A program made the position numbers and the translations under genes. The notes under the pieces were generated by a model. That model searched no databases. It had not been told where the DNA came from and saw only the letters and a program-made list of their open reading frames with translations. DNA of 64,000 nucleotides from positions 25,473-89,472 of the forward strand of contig CAZJKH010000001.1 in assembly GCA_964546735.1 (NCBI GenBank). Reading direction: 5' to 3'. Below are positions 1 through 10,993 of this stretch, piece after piece (positions within the stretch are counted from its first letter, which is position 1; each line of letters starts with the position of its first letter). The stretch is from an uncultured Methylococcales bacterium. GTDB lineage: Bacteria; Pseudomonadota; Gammaproteobacteria; Methylococcales; Methylothermaceae.

Positions 1-1
1 G

Positions 2-847
2 GCTTATCAGGCGCTTAAAGCCCAACTGGACGATTTGCTGACTACTCACCTACCGCGCTTGTACAAAGAGACCGAACACTTAAACCGCGCTTTGCGCCAG
101 CCTGCTGCCCGTGGCCGCTGGGGAGAGGTGCAGCTTAAGCGGGTGGTAGAGATGGCGGGGATGATTGCCTACTGTGATTTTGAGGAGCAGGTGGGCGGGA
201 AAGAAGGGGACAGAGCCTTGCGTCCGGATTTAATCGTGCGCCTGCCCAACCGGCGTTTGGTGGTGGTGGATGCTAAAGTCCCGCTCGAGGCTTATCTTAA
301 AGCGATGGAAGCTGAAGACGACCACACCCGCAAGGATTATCTAAAGAAACATGCCAGTCACTTGCGCCGGCATATCCAACAGCTTGGACAGAAAAGTTAT
401 TTTGAACAGTTTGACTGCGCGCCTGAGTTTGTCGTGCTCTTTATCCCTGGGGAGGCGTTTTTTAGCGCCGCCCTCCACGCGGATCCCGAGCTCATCGAAT
501 ACGGCGTTGCCAACAAAGTCATCCCAGCCAGTCCGACCACTTTGATCGCTTTACTTAAAGCGGTCGCTTACGGCTGGCAACAGGAGAATATCGCGCAAAG
601 CGCCGAAGAAATCCGCCGCTTAGGCAAGGAGCTTTATGAGCGGATCGCAAAGGTGGCTGAGCATTGGCGAAATATGGGAAGCCAGTTGGACAGGGTAGTT
701 AAAAGCTATAACGAAGCCACGAGCAGCTTAGAGACGCGCCTTTTGCCGACGGCGCGCAAGTTCCAGACGCTCAAGGGAGAGGAGAAAGAGTTAGCGTTGA
801 TGAAGCTTACCCAGCGCGTCTACCGGCTGCCGGATGAGCTCTCTTGA
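2..847 (+). CDS. rmuC: DNA recombination protein RmuC, C-terminal part (5' end outside window)
   Basis: The frame is open from the window edge, with no stop upstream of the listed start at 35. The translation (GRWGEVQLKRVVE, VVDAKVPLEAY, FIPGEAFF, NKVIPASPTTLIALLK) matches the RmuC family core. Confidence 0.8.
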   Translation, partial: AYQALKAQLDDLLTTHLPRLYKETEHLNRALRQPAARGRWGEVQLKRVVEMAGMIAYCDFEEQVGGKEGDRALRPDLIVRLPNRRLVVVDAKVPLEAYLKAMEAEDDHTRKDYLKKHASHLRRHIQQLGQKSYFEQFDCAPEFVVLFIPGEAFFSAALHADPELIEYGVANKVIPASPTTLIALLKAVAYGWQQENIAQSAEEIRRLGKELYERIAKVAEHWRNMGSQLDRVVKSYNEATSSLETRLLPTARKFQTLKGEEKELALMKLTQRVYRLPDELS

Positions 848-1440
848 GCAGCCAAAGGGAGCCTGGCGACTTCTTCAGGATGGGCTAGATCTACCCCGAC
901 GCTGATCACGAAGCTCGAGGCTTGCTCAATGTCCATGGTCGAGGGAAGAACTTTAGATTGATGAACGATAACCGTAAAGCCAGAAGTGGGATTAGGCGAG
1001 GTCGGAATATAAAGCACGTAATTTTCGCCGGCACGGTTGGTCACGTAAGCTGGCACCCAAACCCCGTCTTTGGGGTATTCGACGTAGACGACTTCGCGCA
1101 GCATGGTTTTCCCATCCCTGCGCAACATGGCAAACAGTTTCTTTGTTACCCGGTAGATCGTCCCTAGCAAGGGCACCCGCTCGATCATAGCCTCAAAGTA
1201 GTAAAGCAGGTGAGCCTTGCCATGCCGCAAGAGGTAACCGAAATACGTCAACAGGACCATGGCGGCAGTGAATAGGGCAACGGTGACGGTGACGTTTTCA
1301 TACCGGCCGTAAACGCTCAGCACGAAGTCATGCAGCAGCCTCTCGGTATAGACTACAATTTGGATAATGATGATGATGGGTAAAATGCCCAATACACCGA
1401 TTAGAAAGTAGTCTATCAGTCTCTGCCACGATTGCTTCAC
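820..1440 (-). CDS. DUF502-family membrane protein
   Basis: 206-aa ORF with two N-terminal TM helices and an RVPLLGTIY...VEYP...SGFTV pattern typical of DUF502. It converges on rmuC and overlaps its 3' end by 28 nt. Confidence 0.6.
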   Translation of the reverse strand: MKQSWQRLIDYFLIGVLGILPIIIIIQIVVYTERLLHDFVLSVYGRYENVTVTVALFTAAMVLLTYFGYLLRHGKAHLLYYFEAMIERVPLLGTIYRVTKKLFAMLRRDGKTMLREVVYVEYPKDGVWVPAYVTNRAGENYVLYIPTSPNPTSGFTVIVHQSKVLPSTMDIEQASSFVISVGVDLAHPEEVARLPLAAQESSSGSR

Positions 1441-1512
1441 TTGACCCCTCTTCTTATAGCGCTTAGTTGGTTAGCCGATGGAGGTTGAGATTAAGAAGCG
1501 ATGGCGGACAGA

Positions 1513-1842
1513 TTACTCTTTTTCTTCATGGAAGCTATCCTCGTCACCTTCGGTAGGAAAGCTGTCTTCGCTCCATTCTTCCTCGCCTTCCTCCAGGCCC
1601 ATCTCGGAATACTCAATATCCTCTGGTTCAACGTCGTCTAGGGGACCGGTCCAATCCTCCGGTTCTTCAATCGGCTCTAAGTTCATTTCCTGCCAGGCGT
1701 CTAAATCGATTTGATCCACGCTACCGTCAAAATATTGAACTTCGACAACCCCTGCCTCGTCGTCCACGACCAAGACTTCGAATTTCTGCCTAGTGTCTAG
1801 GTCAAGGTACCAGCTGCCTTCAATTGGGTCTAAATCGCTCAT
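1513..1842 (-). CDS. Hyperacidic small cytoplasmic protein of unknown function
   Basis: 109-aa ORF with an AGGAG Shine-Dalgarno about 6 nt upstream of the ATG. It has 17 Asp and 24 Glu against 3 Arg/Lys, and no TM segment or signal peptide. Confidence 0.55.
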   Translation of the reverse strand: MSDLDPIEGSWYLDLDTRQKFEVLVVDDEAGVVEVQYFDGSVDQIDLDAWQEMNLEPIEEPEDWTGPLDDVEPEDIEYSEMGLEEGEEEWSEDSFPTEGDEDSFHEEKE

Positions 1843-1881
1843 CGTTGACTCCTGAAATTGATCCTAAAAAAACTATTTTAC

Positions 1882-2715
1882 TCAAGCCTTGCGCGATTGA
1901 CGATGGGCTTGAATGATTTCGTAAGCTTTGCGGATCTGTTGGGTTTTTTCGGTGGCAAGCCTGACCATTTCTTCTGGCAGACCCTGAGCTAACAGCTTAT
2001 CTGGGTGGTGTTGGCTGATCAAGCGGCGGTAGGCGCGGGTGATCTCCGCATCCGAAGCTTGTGGAGAAACGCCTAAGACAGCATAGGCATCGGCGAGGGA
2101 AGGTGCCTGGCGGCGCGGGGGTGGCTGATAGTTAGAGGTGTGGCGGTATGACTTGGCCTGTGCAAAGCTTAGCTTAGCTTCCATGAATGCCTTGAGCGCC
2201 TGAAACTCGAAGCGGGAAAACCTAAGCCTTTGGCAGATATAGAAAAGCAGCTGTTCTTCTGCTGGATGCAGGCGACCGTCGGCAAAGGCGGCCTGAAGTA
2301 GGATTTCCAGGAATAACCGGATGAGGGGGGAGTTCTGTCCGACTTCTCGGGAGAACTGATCCAGCGCAGCATCCAGCGAAAAATTGGGCGACTTGCCATG
2401 GCGGAACAGGCCGATAGCCGCTTCGCGCATGGCATAAGACAAGTGCATTTCCTCCATGATCTGACGGGCGATGGCAATCTCGGCTTCGCTCACCCGGCCG
2501 TCAGCTTTAGCCAGATGGCCCATGACCGAGAACACCGCAGTCAAAAAAGCCTGCTGGAGCTGTTGCTGGCCAGGTTGATTGAGGCGCGGGAAGACCTCTA
2601 TCTCCTCCAGCTTGCGGTCGAACTGATGGCCGAGGGCAGTCCCCAAGATGGCTCCTAGCGGACCGCCTACGATAAACCCCAAGGTACCGCCGAAGACTTT
2701 GCCTAACCAAGGCAT
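1882..2715 (-). CDS. djlA: Co-chaperone DjlA (TerB-like domain plus C-terminal J domain)
   Basis: The C-terminus DAYAVLGV...HHPDKL...KAYEII is a J domain with the HPD motif. The N-terminus has a Gly-rich TM segment. Start trimmed to the ATG at 2715 ([10 protein letters not shown]) by analogy with E. coli DjlA; the ORF extends to 2751. Confidence 0.8.
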   Translation of the reverse strand: MPWLGKVFGGTLGFIVGGPLGAILGTALGHQFDRKLEEIEVFPRLNQPGQQQLQQAFLTAVFSVMGHLAKADGRVSEAEIAIARQIMEEMHLSYAMREAAIGLFRHGKSPNFSLDAALDQFSREVGQNSPLIRLFLEILLQAAFADGRLHPAEEQLLFYICQRLRFSRFEFQALKAFMEAKLSFAQAKSYRHTSNYQPPPRRQAPSLADAYAVLGVSPQASDAEITRAYRRLISQHHPDKLLAQGLPEEMVRLATEKTQQIRKAYEIIQAHRQSRKA

Positions 2716-2769
2716 CGCGTTAAGCTTGTCAAATTGACGAAAAATGACCATTATTGCAAATTTAGCTGG

Positions 2770-3675
2770 ATGAAAAAATCGCCTGTGCCGCCAACGACTT
2801 TATTCGCATCCCAACTGACTAGCCTAACGCTTTTGGCTCGAGGCAAGGTGCGCGACCTCTACGAGATCGACGCCGAGCGGCTATTGATCGTCACGACTGA
2901 CCGCTTATCAGCCTTTGACGTGGTCTTTCCCGACCCTATTCCGGGCAAGGGTCAGATATTGACTCGGCTGTCTAATTTCTGGTTCGCCAGGATGGCAACT
3001 CTTTTGCCCAACCACTTATTGCCGATCCCGTTGGCGGAAGTTCTGCCAGATCCGGATGAGCGCAATCAGGTAGAGACTCGAGCGGTGGTGGTCAGGCGCC
3101 TTCAGCCGTTGCCGGTGGAGGCCATCGTACGCGGCTATCTGATCGGTTCGGGCTGGCGTGACTATCAGCGCACCGGCCAAGTGTGCGGGATTCCTCTTCC
3201 GCCTGGGCTGAGGCAGGCAGAAAAGCTTCCGGAGCCGATTTTTACCCCTTCTACCAAGGCTGCCTTAGGGAAGCACGATGAGAACATCGATTTTGCGCAG
3301 TTGCAAAAGTTACTGGGCGGTGAGCTGGCAGAGCGAATAAGAGCGCTGAGCCTGGCGATCTACACCGAGGCGGCTGACTATGCCCGTACGCGCGGGATCC
3401 TCATCGCCGATACGAAATTCGAGTTTGGTCTGGATCAGGAAGGTCAGCTATACTTGATCGATGAGCTGTTGACGCCAGATTCTTCGCGTTTTTGGCCAAA
3501 AGACCAATACTTGCCTGGGATCAGCCCGCCCAGCTTCGACAAACAATACGTGCGCGATTTCTTAGAGGCGAGCGGGTGGGATAAGAAGCCGCCGGCGCCG
3601 TCCTTGCCAGCGGAAGTCATCGCAAGAACTGCAGCCAGATACCGCGAAGCCGAAAGACGGCTGATCGGCGAGTAA
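2770..3675 (+). CDS. purC: Phosphoribosylaminoimidazole-succinocarboxamide (SAICAR) synthase, long type
   Basis: [16 protein letters not shown] and [10 protein letters not shown] motifs. Start placed at the ATG at 2770 (the ORF opens at 2734), which avoids overlap with djlA. Confidence 0.85.
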   Translation: MKKSPVPPTTLFASQLTSLTLLARGKVRDLYEIDAERLLIVTTDRLSAFDVVFPDPIPGKGQILTRLSNFWFARMATLLPNHLLPIPLAEVLPDPDERNQVETRAVVVRRLQPLPVEAIVRGYLIGSGWRDYQRTGQVCGIPLPPGLRQAEKLPEPIFTPSTKAALGKHDENIDFAQLQKLLGGELAERIRALSLAIYTEAADYARTRGILIADTKFEFGLDQEGQLYLIDELLTPDSSRFWPKDQYLPGISPPSFDKQYVRDFLEASGWDKKPPAPSLPAEVIARTAARYREAERRLIGE

Positions 3676-4350
3676 CTACAGCAGGCCGTGTTCGGCAAAG
3701 GAGTAGGTCTCGCCGTCACCGACAATGATGTGATCTAACACCCGGATGTCGAACAGGGCCAGCGCTTGGCGCAGTTTGGCGGTGATTTCCCGATCGCAAG
3801 CCGAAGGCTCGGCGATGCCAGAAGGGTGATTGTGGGCGAAGATGACCGCTGCTGCATTCAGGTCTAAAGCTCTTTTAGCCACTTCGCGTGGGTACACGCT
3901 GGCCCCGTCTAAGGTGCCGCGAAACAGCTCTTCGTAGCGGATCACGCGGTGGCGCGTGTCCAGGAACAGCGCGGCAAATGTTTCATAAGGGTGGTCGCGT
4001 AGGTGGCGTAGCAGGAAAGCTCGGGTCAGGGTAGGAGAGGTGATGGCATCACCGCGTTCTAAAGTTTCGCGCAGGTGGCGCCGAGCCATCTCTAACACTG
4101 CTTGTAGCTGCACGTACTTGGCCAGTCCAAGTCCCTTGCACGCCGTAAAGCGGGCTTGATCGGCGTTGAGCAGGGCGCGGAGGGAGCCGAACTGAGTCAG
4201 CAGCTCGCGGGCAAGGTCGACGGCGGTTTTGCCCTTTACCCCGGTGCGCAGGAAAATAGCCAACAGCTCTGCGTCGGAGAGCGCCTGTGGGCCGCGGGCA
4301 AGGAGCTTCTCGCGCGGGCGTTCGGCTTCAGGCCAGTCGCTGATTGCCAT
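3676..4350 (-). CDS. radC: RadC-family JAB-domain protein (UPF0758)
   Basis: 224 aa with an N-terminal HhH region ([14 protein letters not shown]) and a C-terminal JAB motif (HNHPSG...PS..D). It is divergent from coaBC, as in enterobacteria. Confidence 0.85.
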   Translation of the reverse strand: MAISDWPEAERPREKLLARGPQALSDAELLAIFLRTGVKGKTAVDLARELLTQFGSLRALLNADQARFTACKGLGLAKYVQLQAVLEMARRHLRETLERGDAITSPTLTRAFLLRHLRDHPYETFAALFLDTRHRVIRYEELFRGTLDGASVYPREVAKRALDLNAAAVIFAHNHPSGIAEPSACDREITAKLRQALALFDIRVLDHIIVGDGETYSFAEHGLL

Positions 4351-4393
4351 ATTCAGATGATCGCCAATCGCTTGTATTTAAAGAATAATCCAA

Positions 4394-5611
4394 ATGCAGG
4401 TTTTTACACTAGATCGCCCTCGAATCTTAATAGGCGTCACTGGCAGCATCGCTGCTTACAAGGCGGCCGAATTGGTTCGCCAGCTGCGAGCTCTAGGCGC
4501 TGACGTGCAAGTGGTGATGACGCAAGCGGCGACGCGGTTCATTTCTCCGCTGACGCTGCAGGCCTTGTCGGGAAAACCGGTGCGGATCGAGCTATGGGAT
4601 ACCGCCGCAGAAGCGGCTATGGGGCATATCGACCTGGCTCGCTGGGCGCAGCGGGTGGTGATCGCACCAGCAAGCGCCGATTTTCTGGCTAAGCTTAGGG
4701 TAGGATTGGCCGACGACTTGCTTTCGACCTTGTGTCTGGCCACTGCAGCGCCGATTGCCGTGGCGCCGGCGATGAATCAGCGCATGTGGCAGCATCCTGC
4801 TACCCAGGAAAATATCGCCGCGCTTCGAGCGCGCGGAGTGCTCATCTGGGGGCCGGCGCAAGGCGAGCAGGCCTGTGGTGAAACCGGGCCTGGCCGGATG
4901 CTGGAAGCGGCTGAACTGTGTGAACGCATCTGTGCATGGCTAAAGCCTGGGTCGCTTCAAGGGGTGCGGATCCTGATCACCGCTGGACCGACGCGCGAGG
5001 CAATCGATCCGGTGCGGTTTCTGAGCAACCGCAGTTCCGGCAAGATGGGATATGCGTTGGTGCAGGCGGCGGTGGAAATGGGCGCCGAGGTAATCCTGGT
5101 GAGCGGTCCAGTGGCGTTGGAAGCTCCACCTGGGGTAGAGGTGGTGCGCGTGGAAAGCGCCCGGGAAATGTATGAGGCGGTTATGGCAAGGATAGATCGT
5201 GCTCAGATCTTCATCGCCGCTGCAGCGGTAGCCGATTTTACCCCAGCGGCTGTACAGCCGAGCAAGATTAAGAAGGACATCGACCGCTTCCAGTTAGAGT
5301 TGGTCAGAACCCAAGATATTCTAGCGGAGGTGGCAAAGCTGCCAAAGCCGCCGTTTACAGTCGGATTTGCAGCGGAGACAGATCAGCTTAAAGTTAAAGA
5401 ATGCGCGCGGGCTAAATTGGAACGCAAAGGGCTGGACATGATCGCTGCCAATCCGGTAGGCGATGGCCTAGGGTTTGAGGTTGACGAAAATCGCCTATGG
5501 GTACTGTGGTCGGGGGGAGAATGCTACCTGCCTTTGACTGCCAAGACCGAATTGGCCAGACAGCTTTTGACGTTGATCGGGGAACGCTATGCGGCGAAAA
5601 ATTCAGCTTAA
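4394..5611 (+). CDS. coaBC: Bifunctional phosphopantothenoylcysteine decarboxylase / phosphopantothenate-cysteine ligase
   Basis: 405 aa with an N-terminal flavoprotein domain ([15 protein letters not shown]) and a C-terminal CoaB domain (ITAGPT.E.IDPVR...N.SSGKMG). Confidence 0.9.
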   Translation: MQVFTLDRPRILIGVTGSIAAYKAAELVRQLRALGADVQVVMTQAATRFISPLTLQALSGKPVRIELWDTAAEAAMGHIDLARWAQRVVIAPASADFLAKLRVGLADDLLSTLCLATAAPIAVAPAMNQRMWQHPATQENIAALRARGVLIWGPAQGEQACGETGPGRMLEAAELCERICAWLKPGSLQGVRILITAGPTREAIDPVRFLSNRSSGKMGYALVQAAVEMGAEVILVSGPVALEAPPGVEVVRVESAREMYEAVMARIDRAQIFIAAAAVADFTPAAVQPSKIKKDIDRFQLELVRTQDILAEVAKLPKPPFTVGFAAETDQLKVKECARAKLERKGLDMIAANPVGDGLGFEVDENRLWVLWSGGECYLPLTAKTELARQLLTLIGERYAAKNSA

Positions 5612-6044
5612 GATCCTCGATGAGCGGTTGGGCAAGGAGATCCCGTTGCCTGGGTATGCCACTTCCGGGTCGGCAGGGTTGGATCTGCGCGCCTGCCTGA
5701 AGATGCCTTTAACCTTATTGCCAGGCGAAACCGCCTTGATCCCGACGGGAATTGCCATTTACCTTCAGGATCCGATGCTGGCGGCGGTCGTGCTGCCGCG
5801 CTCAGGCCTAGGACACAAACATGGGATTGTGCTCGGCAATCTGGTCGGTTTGATCGATTCCGACTATCAGGGAGAGATCCTGGTGTCGTGCTGGAACCGG
5901 GGGTGCGAGCCGTTCACGGTTCAGGTTGGAGAGCGGATCGCTCAGCTGGTGGTGGTGCCGGTGGTGCAGGTGGTATTCGAGCAGGTTGAGCACTTTGAAC
6001 CGAGCAGTCGGGGAGAGGGAGGATTTGGACATACCGGTCGGTAA
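5589..6044 (+). CDS. dut: dUTP diphosphatase
   Basis: 151 aa with the five dUTPase motifs ([33 protein letters not shown]). It overlaps the coaBC 3' end. Confidence 0.9.
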   Translation: MRRKIQLKILDERLGKEIPLPGYATSGSAGLDLRACLKMPLTLLPGETALIPTGIAIYLQDPMLAAVVLPRSGLGHKHGIVLGNLVGLIDSDYQGEILVSCWNRGCEPFTVQVGERIAQLVVVPVVQVVFEQVEHFEPSSRGEGGFGHTGR

Positions 6045-6053
6045 GAGGCGAGC

Positions 6054-8426
6054 ATGAGCCTTAGACGCTGGCTAATCTTGTTGCTCGGTGGGATATGGGT
6101 GGCGCTGGTTGGGAGTTGGGGAGGCGTCTGTTTCCTAGCGTGGCAAAAAGCCAAGGAGATCGAAGGCCAAGCTTTAACGGATTATACCCAAGCAGTCGCC
6201 AGGCAAATGCAGGCGCGCCTGCAGGATTTGACAGCTTGGGTGGAACGCTTGGCGCAGCACCAAGGCTTAGTGAATGCCGCCACCTTAAGCGAGGTCGCAA
6301 CCGCTGAGGAGCAGTTGAAGCAGCTTATCCCTGCGGCCGTGTACGTCAAGCTCCTGCCTAAGGAAATGGAGCGGTGGTCTGAGCTGGGTTTGGGATTTGC
6401 CGATCTAGATTTAATCCGCCAAGCTGAAATCGGTCACCCGCCCCCTGCGGTGCACGATTTTGGTTCCCCTAAGGCGCGCGTAGCGATCGCGCAGGCGATC
6501 AAACCGAGCGATCGAGTGCTCGGTATCCTCTTGGTCGGGATCGACCTAGCTTGGCTTCGGTCAGCTGTGCCTACGCCTTCCAAGGGGGCGATTGCGCTCT
6601 ATCAGGGAAGCTTGCAGCTGGTCTATCGCGGCGATGATGGTTTACAAAACCTTCCGCCGACAGGAACTGTCTCGATTCCAGGCACATTTTGGCAACTTAA
6701 GTATTGGGCCTCGGTTCCAGATTGGACAAATGGGCTAGGAAGCGCTGCAATCTTAGCGATTGCGCTGCTTTCAATCAGCGGGATGGTCTGGTGGCTCTGG
6801 CGCAGGTACGCTTGGGCGATCGAGCAAGATCGTAGGACCTTGTTCACGCGGGTCAGCGGCTTGCTCGCTGGCACCGTACGCGGCAATGACGCTATGGCAT
6901 TGCGCGAGCTTCAGCCGCTTCTCGATCAGCTGTTGCAAGTGCAGCCTGCGCTTCGCCCAGTAGAAGAAAGCGCGAAGGCCCAGGAAGAGTTGCCTGAAGT
7001 TAAGCCGGAGGCGGTGTCTGTCAAGCAGGCAGTCGCTTCTCCAAAGGCCATGGCAACGGTGTCCATCCCGGAGGAGATCTTTCAGGAGGAAGCCATCGGC
7101 GGCAGCGCTGGCGATGTGCTGACATCAGCCCTTGCCTACGAACTTGGCCGGGCGATCGGCAGCGAAGCAGGTGCGTTAGGGGAGCAGCGCTTAGCGGTCG
7201 GGCGCGATGCCCGCCACTTCAGCCCAGAGTTAGCCAAGTTTCTGATCGACGGGCTGCGCGCCAGCGGCCGAGATGTGATCGATTTAGGTCAAGTTCCAAC
7301 CCCGCTGGTCGAGTTTGCTACCTACTACTCGCCGGTTCGCAGCGCGGTGATGGTGACGGGTAGCTATCGGCCGCCGCCGTATTGCGGGCTGAAAATCGTG
7401 ATCGACCAGCAGCTTTGGTGGGGGGAGCCGCTAAAAGCGTTGCAGCAGCGCTTGCGCGTCGGGGAGTTGGCCAACGGCCTTGGCATGCTAGAAAGCCGAG
7501 ATTTAGTGGCCGATTACATCGGGGCGGTCATCGAGGACGTTCAGATCGCGCGCCCTTTAAAAGTGATCGTAGATTGCGGGGCAGGGGTAGCGACTCAGGT
7601 GTTGCCGCCGCTGCTGCGCGCGTTAGGATGCAACGTGGAAGAGTCCCATAGTCGGGAGATGGTTGACCCGTTTGCTCCTGGGGCGCTTGACCGGTTAAGC
7701 GCTAAAGTGCGCCAAGACCCAGAAGCTGAGCTTGGTCTGGCATGCGATGGCGATGGGTGCCGCCTGGCGGTAGTCGATTCCGCCGGGAACTTGATTCTGC
7801 CGGATCGAGTGCTGATGCTGTTGGCCGCCGACGTATTGTCGCGCGCGCCGGGCGGGGATGTCGTGTTCGATGTTGAATGTAGCCGCCAGCTGGCCAGTTA
7901 CATCCTGCAACACGGGGGGCGTCCGGTCATGGCGCCTTCCGGGGAAGGCCACCTGCGCGCTAGAATGGACGAGGTCAAAGCCGTGTTGGGCGGAGGCAAT
8001 GGCTACATTTTATTCCGCGAGCGCTGGTTTGGATTTGCCGATGCGATGTATGGTGCAGCTAGGCTAGCGGAGGTATTGTCTTCTGAGCCGACAGCGTCGG
8101 AGGAAGTGTTTGCAGGTTTGCCCCAGATCGGAGCAACTGCCTGGTTTAAGGTTGATCTGGCGCGGGAGGAGGCAGCCAGGATCATGCGCGTGCTGTTGGC
8201 TTCGGCAGACAAGTTTTTTGAGGGGGCTAAAATCACTGCGATGGGCGGCGTGCGGGTGGATCTTGCCGAAGGTTGGGGTCTGGTGCGCGCTGCTGGAGAA
8301 GCTTTGCGGTTTCGATTCGAAGCGGATGACAAGGAAAGGCTTGCGCGGATTTACGCCCGCTTTCGAGAATGGTTTCAGGTCTTGGAGATCGATTTGGCGC
8401 TGCCGTTTGATGTCAGGGGAGAGTAA
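6054..8426 (+). CDS. Membrane-anchored phosphomannomutase/phosphoglucomutase-fold protein in the algC position, with divergent catalytic motifs
   Basis: 790 aa. Residues ~340-790 are colinear with the alpha-D-phosphohexomutase fold (VPTPL, GGRPVM, RERWFGF, GWGLVRA, RFEAD). The N-terminus has 2 TM helices flanking a ~190-aa extracytoplasmic segment. It sits between dut and argB, as algC does in Pseudomonas. Confidence 0.75.
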   Translation: MSLRRWLILLLGGIWVALVGSWGGVCFLAWQKAKEIEGQALTDYTQAVARQMQARLQDLTAWVERLAQHQGLVNAATLSEVATAEEQLKQLIPAAVYVKLLPKEMERWSELGLGFADLDLIRQAEIGHPPPAVHDFGSPKARVAIAQAIKPSDRVLGILLVGIDLAWLRSAVPTPSKGAIALYQGSLQLVYRGDDGLQNLPPTGTVSIPGTFWQLKYWASVPDWTNGLGSAAILAIALLSISGMVWWLWRRYAWAIEQDRRTLFTRVSGLLAGTVRGNDAMALRELQPLLDQLLQVQPALRPVEESAKAQEELPEVKPEAVSVKQAVASPKAMATVSIPEEIFQEEAIGGSAGDVLTSALAYELGRAIGSEAGALGEQRLAVGRDARHFSPELAKFLIDGLRASGRDVIDLGQVPTPLVEFATYYSPVRSAVMVTGSYRPPPYCGLKIVIDQQLWWGEPLKALQQRLRVGELANGLGMLESRDLVADYIGAVIEDVQIARPLKVIVDCGAGVATQVLPPLLRALGCNVEESHSREMVDPFAPGALDRLSAKVRQDPEAELGLACDGDGCRLAVVDSAGNLILPDRVLMLLAADVLSRAPGGDVVFDVECSRQLASYILQHGGRPVMAPSGEGHLRARMDEVKAVLGGGNGYILFRERWFGFADAMYGAARLAEVLSSEPTASEEVFAGLPQIGATAWFKVDLAREEAARIMRVLLASADKFFEGAKITAMGGVRVDLAEGWGLVRAAGEALRFRFEADDKERLARIYARFREWFQVLEIDLALPFDVRGE

Positions 8427-10319
<1,893 letters not shown>

Positions 10320-10343
10320 TCCACTTAAGTATAGCTGACAAGA

Positions 10344-10985
10344 TCACGCGCCGAAGCGGGCGCGATAGGCACGGATCGCTTGGAGCTCGGCTTGAAAACG
10401 GCCGTTTTCCTCAAGGTAAGCGATCACCTCTGCTAAGGTGACGATCGCCTGGATCGGAAGAGTATATTGCTGGGCTAGTCCAGCGATCGCCGCGCGGCTA
10501 TCAGGGCCGATTTCCTGGCGGTCAAGGGCGATTAAAACTCCAGAGGGGATTGCGCCAGCTTGACGAATGATCTTGACTGATTCCCGTACCGAGGTGCCGG
10601 AAGTGACGACGTCATCGAGGATCACGACTCGACCTTGGAGTGGGGTGCCGACGATCAGCCCACCTTCGCCGTGATCTTTGGCTTCTTTGCGATTGAAGGC
10701 ATAGCCTACATCTTTGCCATAGCGTTCGGCCAGCGCGATAGCAGTTGCACAAGCTAGGGGAATCCCTTTGTAGGCTGGGCCGTAGAGCATGTCATAGCCG
10801 ATCTGGCTATGCTCTAAAGCGGCGGCATAGAACTGCCCTAGTTGGCGCAGCTTAGCGCCACTGTTGAATTGACCGGCGTTGAAAAAATACGGGCTGACGC
10901 GACCGGATTTTAGGGTGAAACAGCCAAACCTCAAAGCGCCTGCAGCGATGGCGAACTCGATGAATTGGCGTTGGTAAGCGAGCAT
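10344..10985 (-). CDS. pyrE: Orotate phosphoribosyltransferase
   Basis: PRPP-binding loop VVILDDVVTSGTS and N-terminus MLAYQRQFIEFAI. Start trimmed to the internal ATG at 10985; the upstream 42 codons overlap hemW and look non-coding. Confidence 0.9.
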   Translation of the reverse strand: MLAYQRQFIEFAIAAGALRFGCFTLKSGRVSPYFFNAGQFNSGAKLRQLGQFYAAALEHSQIGYDMLYGPAYKGIPLACATAIALAERYGKDVGYAFNRKEAKDHGEGGLIVGTPLQGRVVILDDVVTSGTSVRESVKIIRQAGAIPSGVLIALDRQEIGPDSRAAIAGLAQQYTLPIQAIVTLAEVIAYLEENGRFQAELQAIRAYRARFGA

Positions 10986-10993
10986 GGTAGACC

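Noticed and set aside
4156-4503. 115-aa plus-strand ORF bridging the radC 5' end and the coaBC 5' end
   Set aside because: It runs antisense through radC, then out of frame into coaBC. It has no motifs and is an intergenic read-through artefact.
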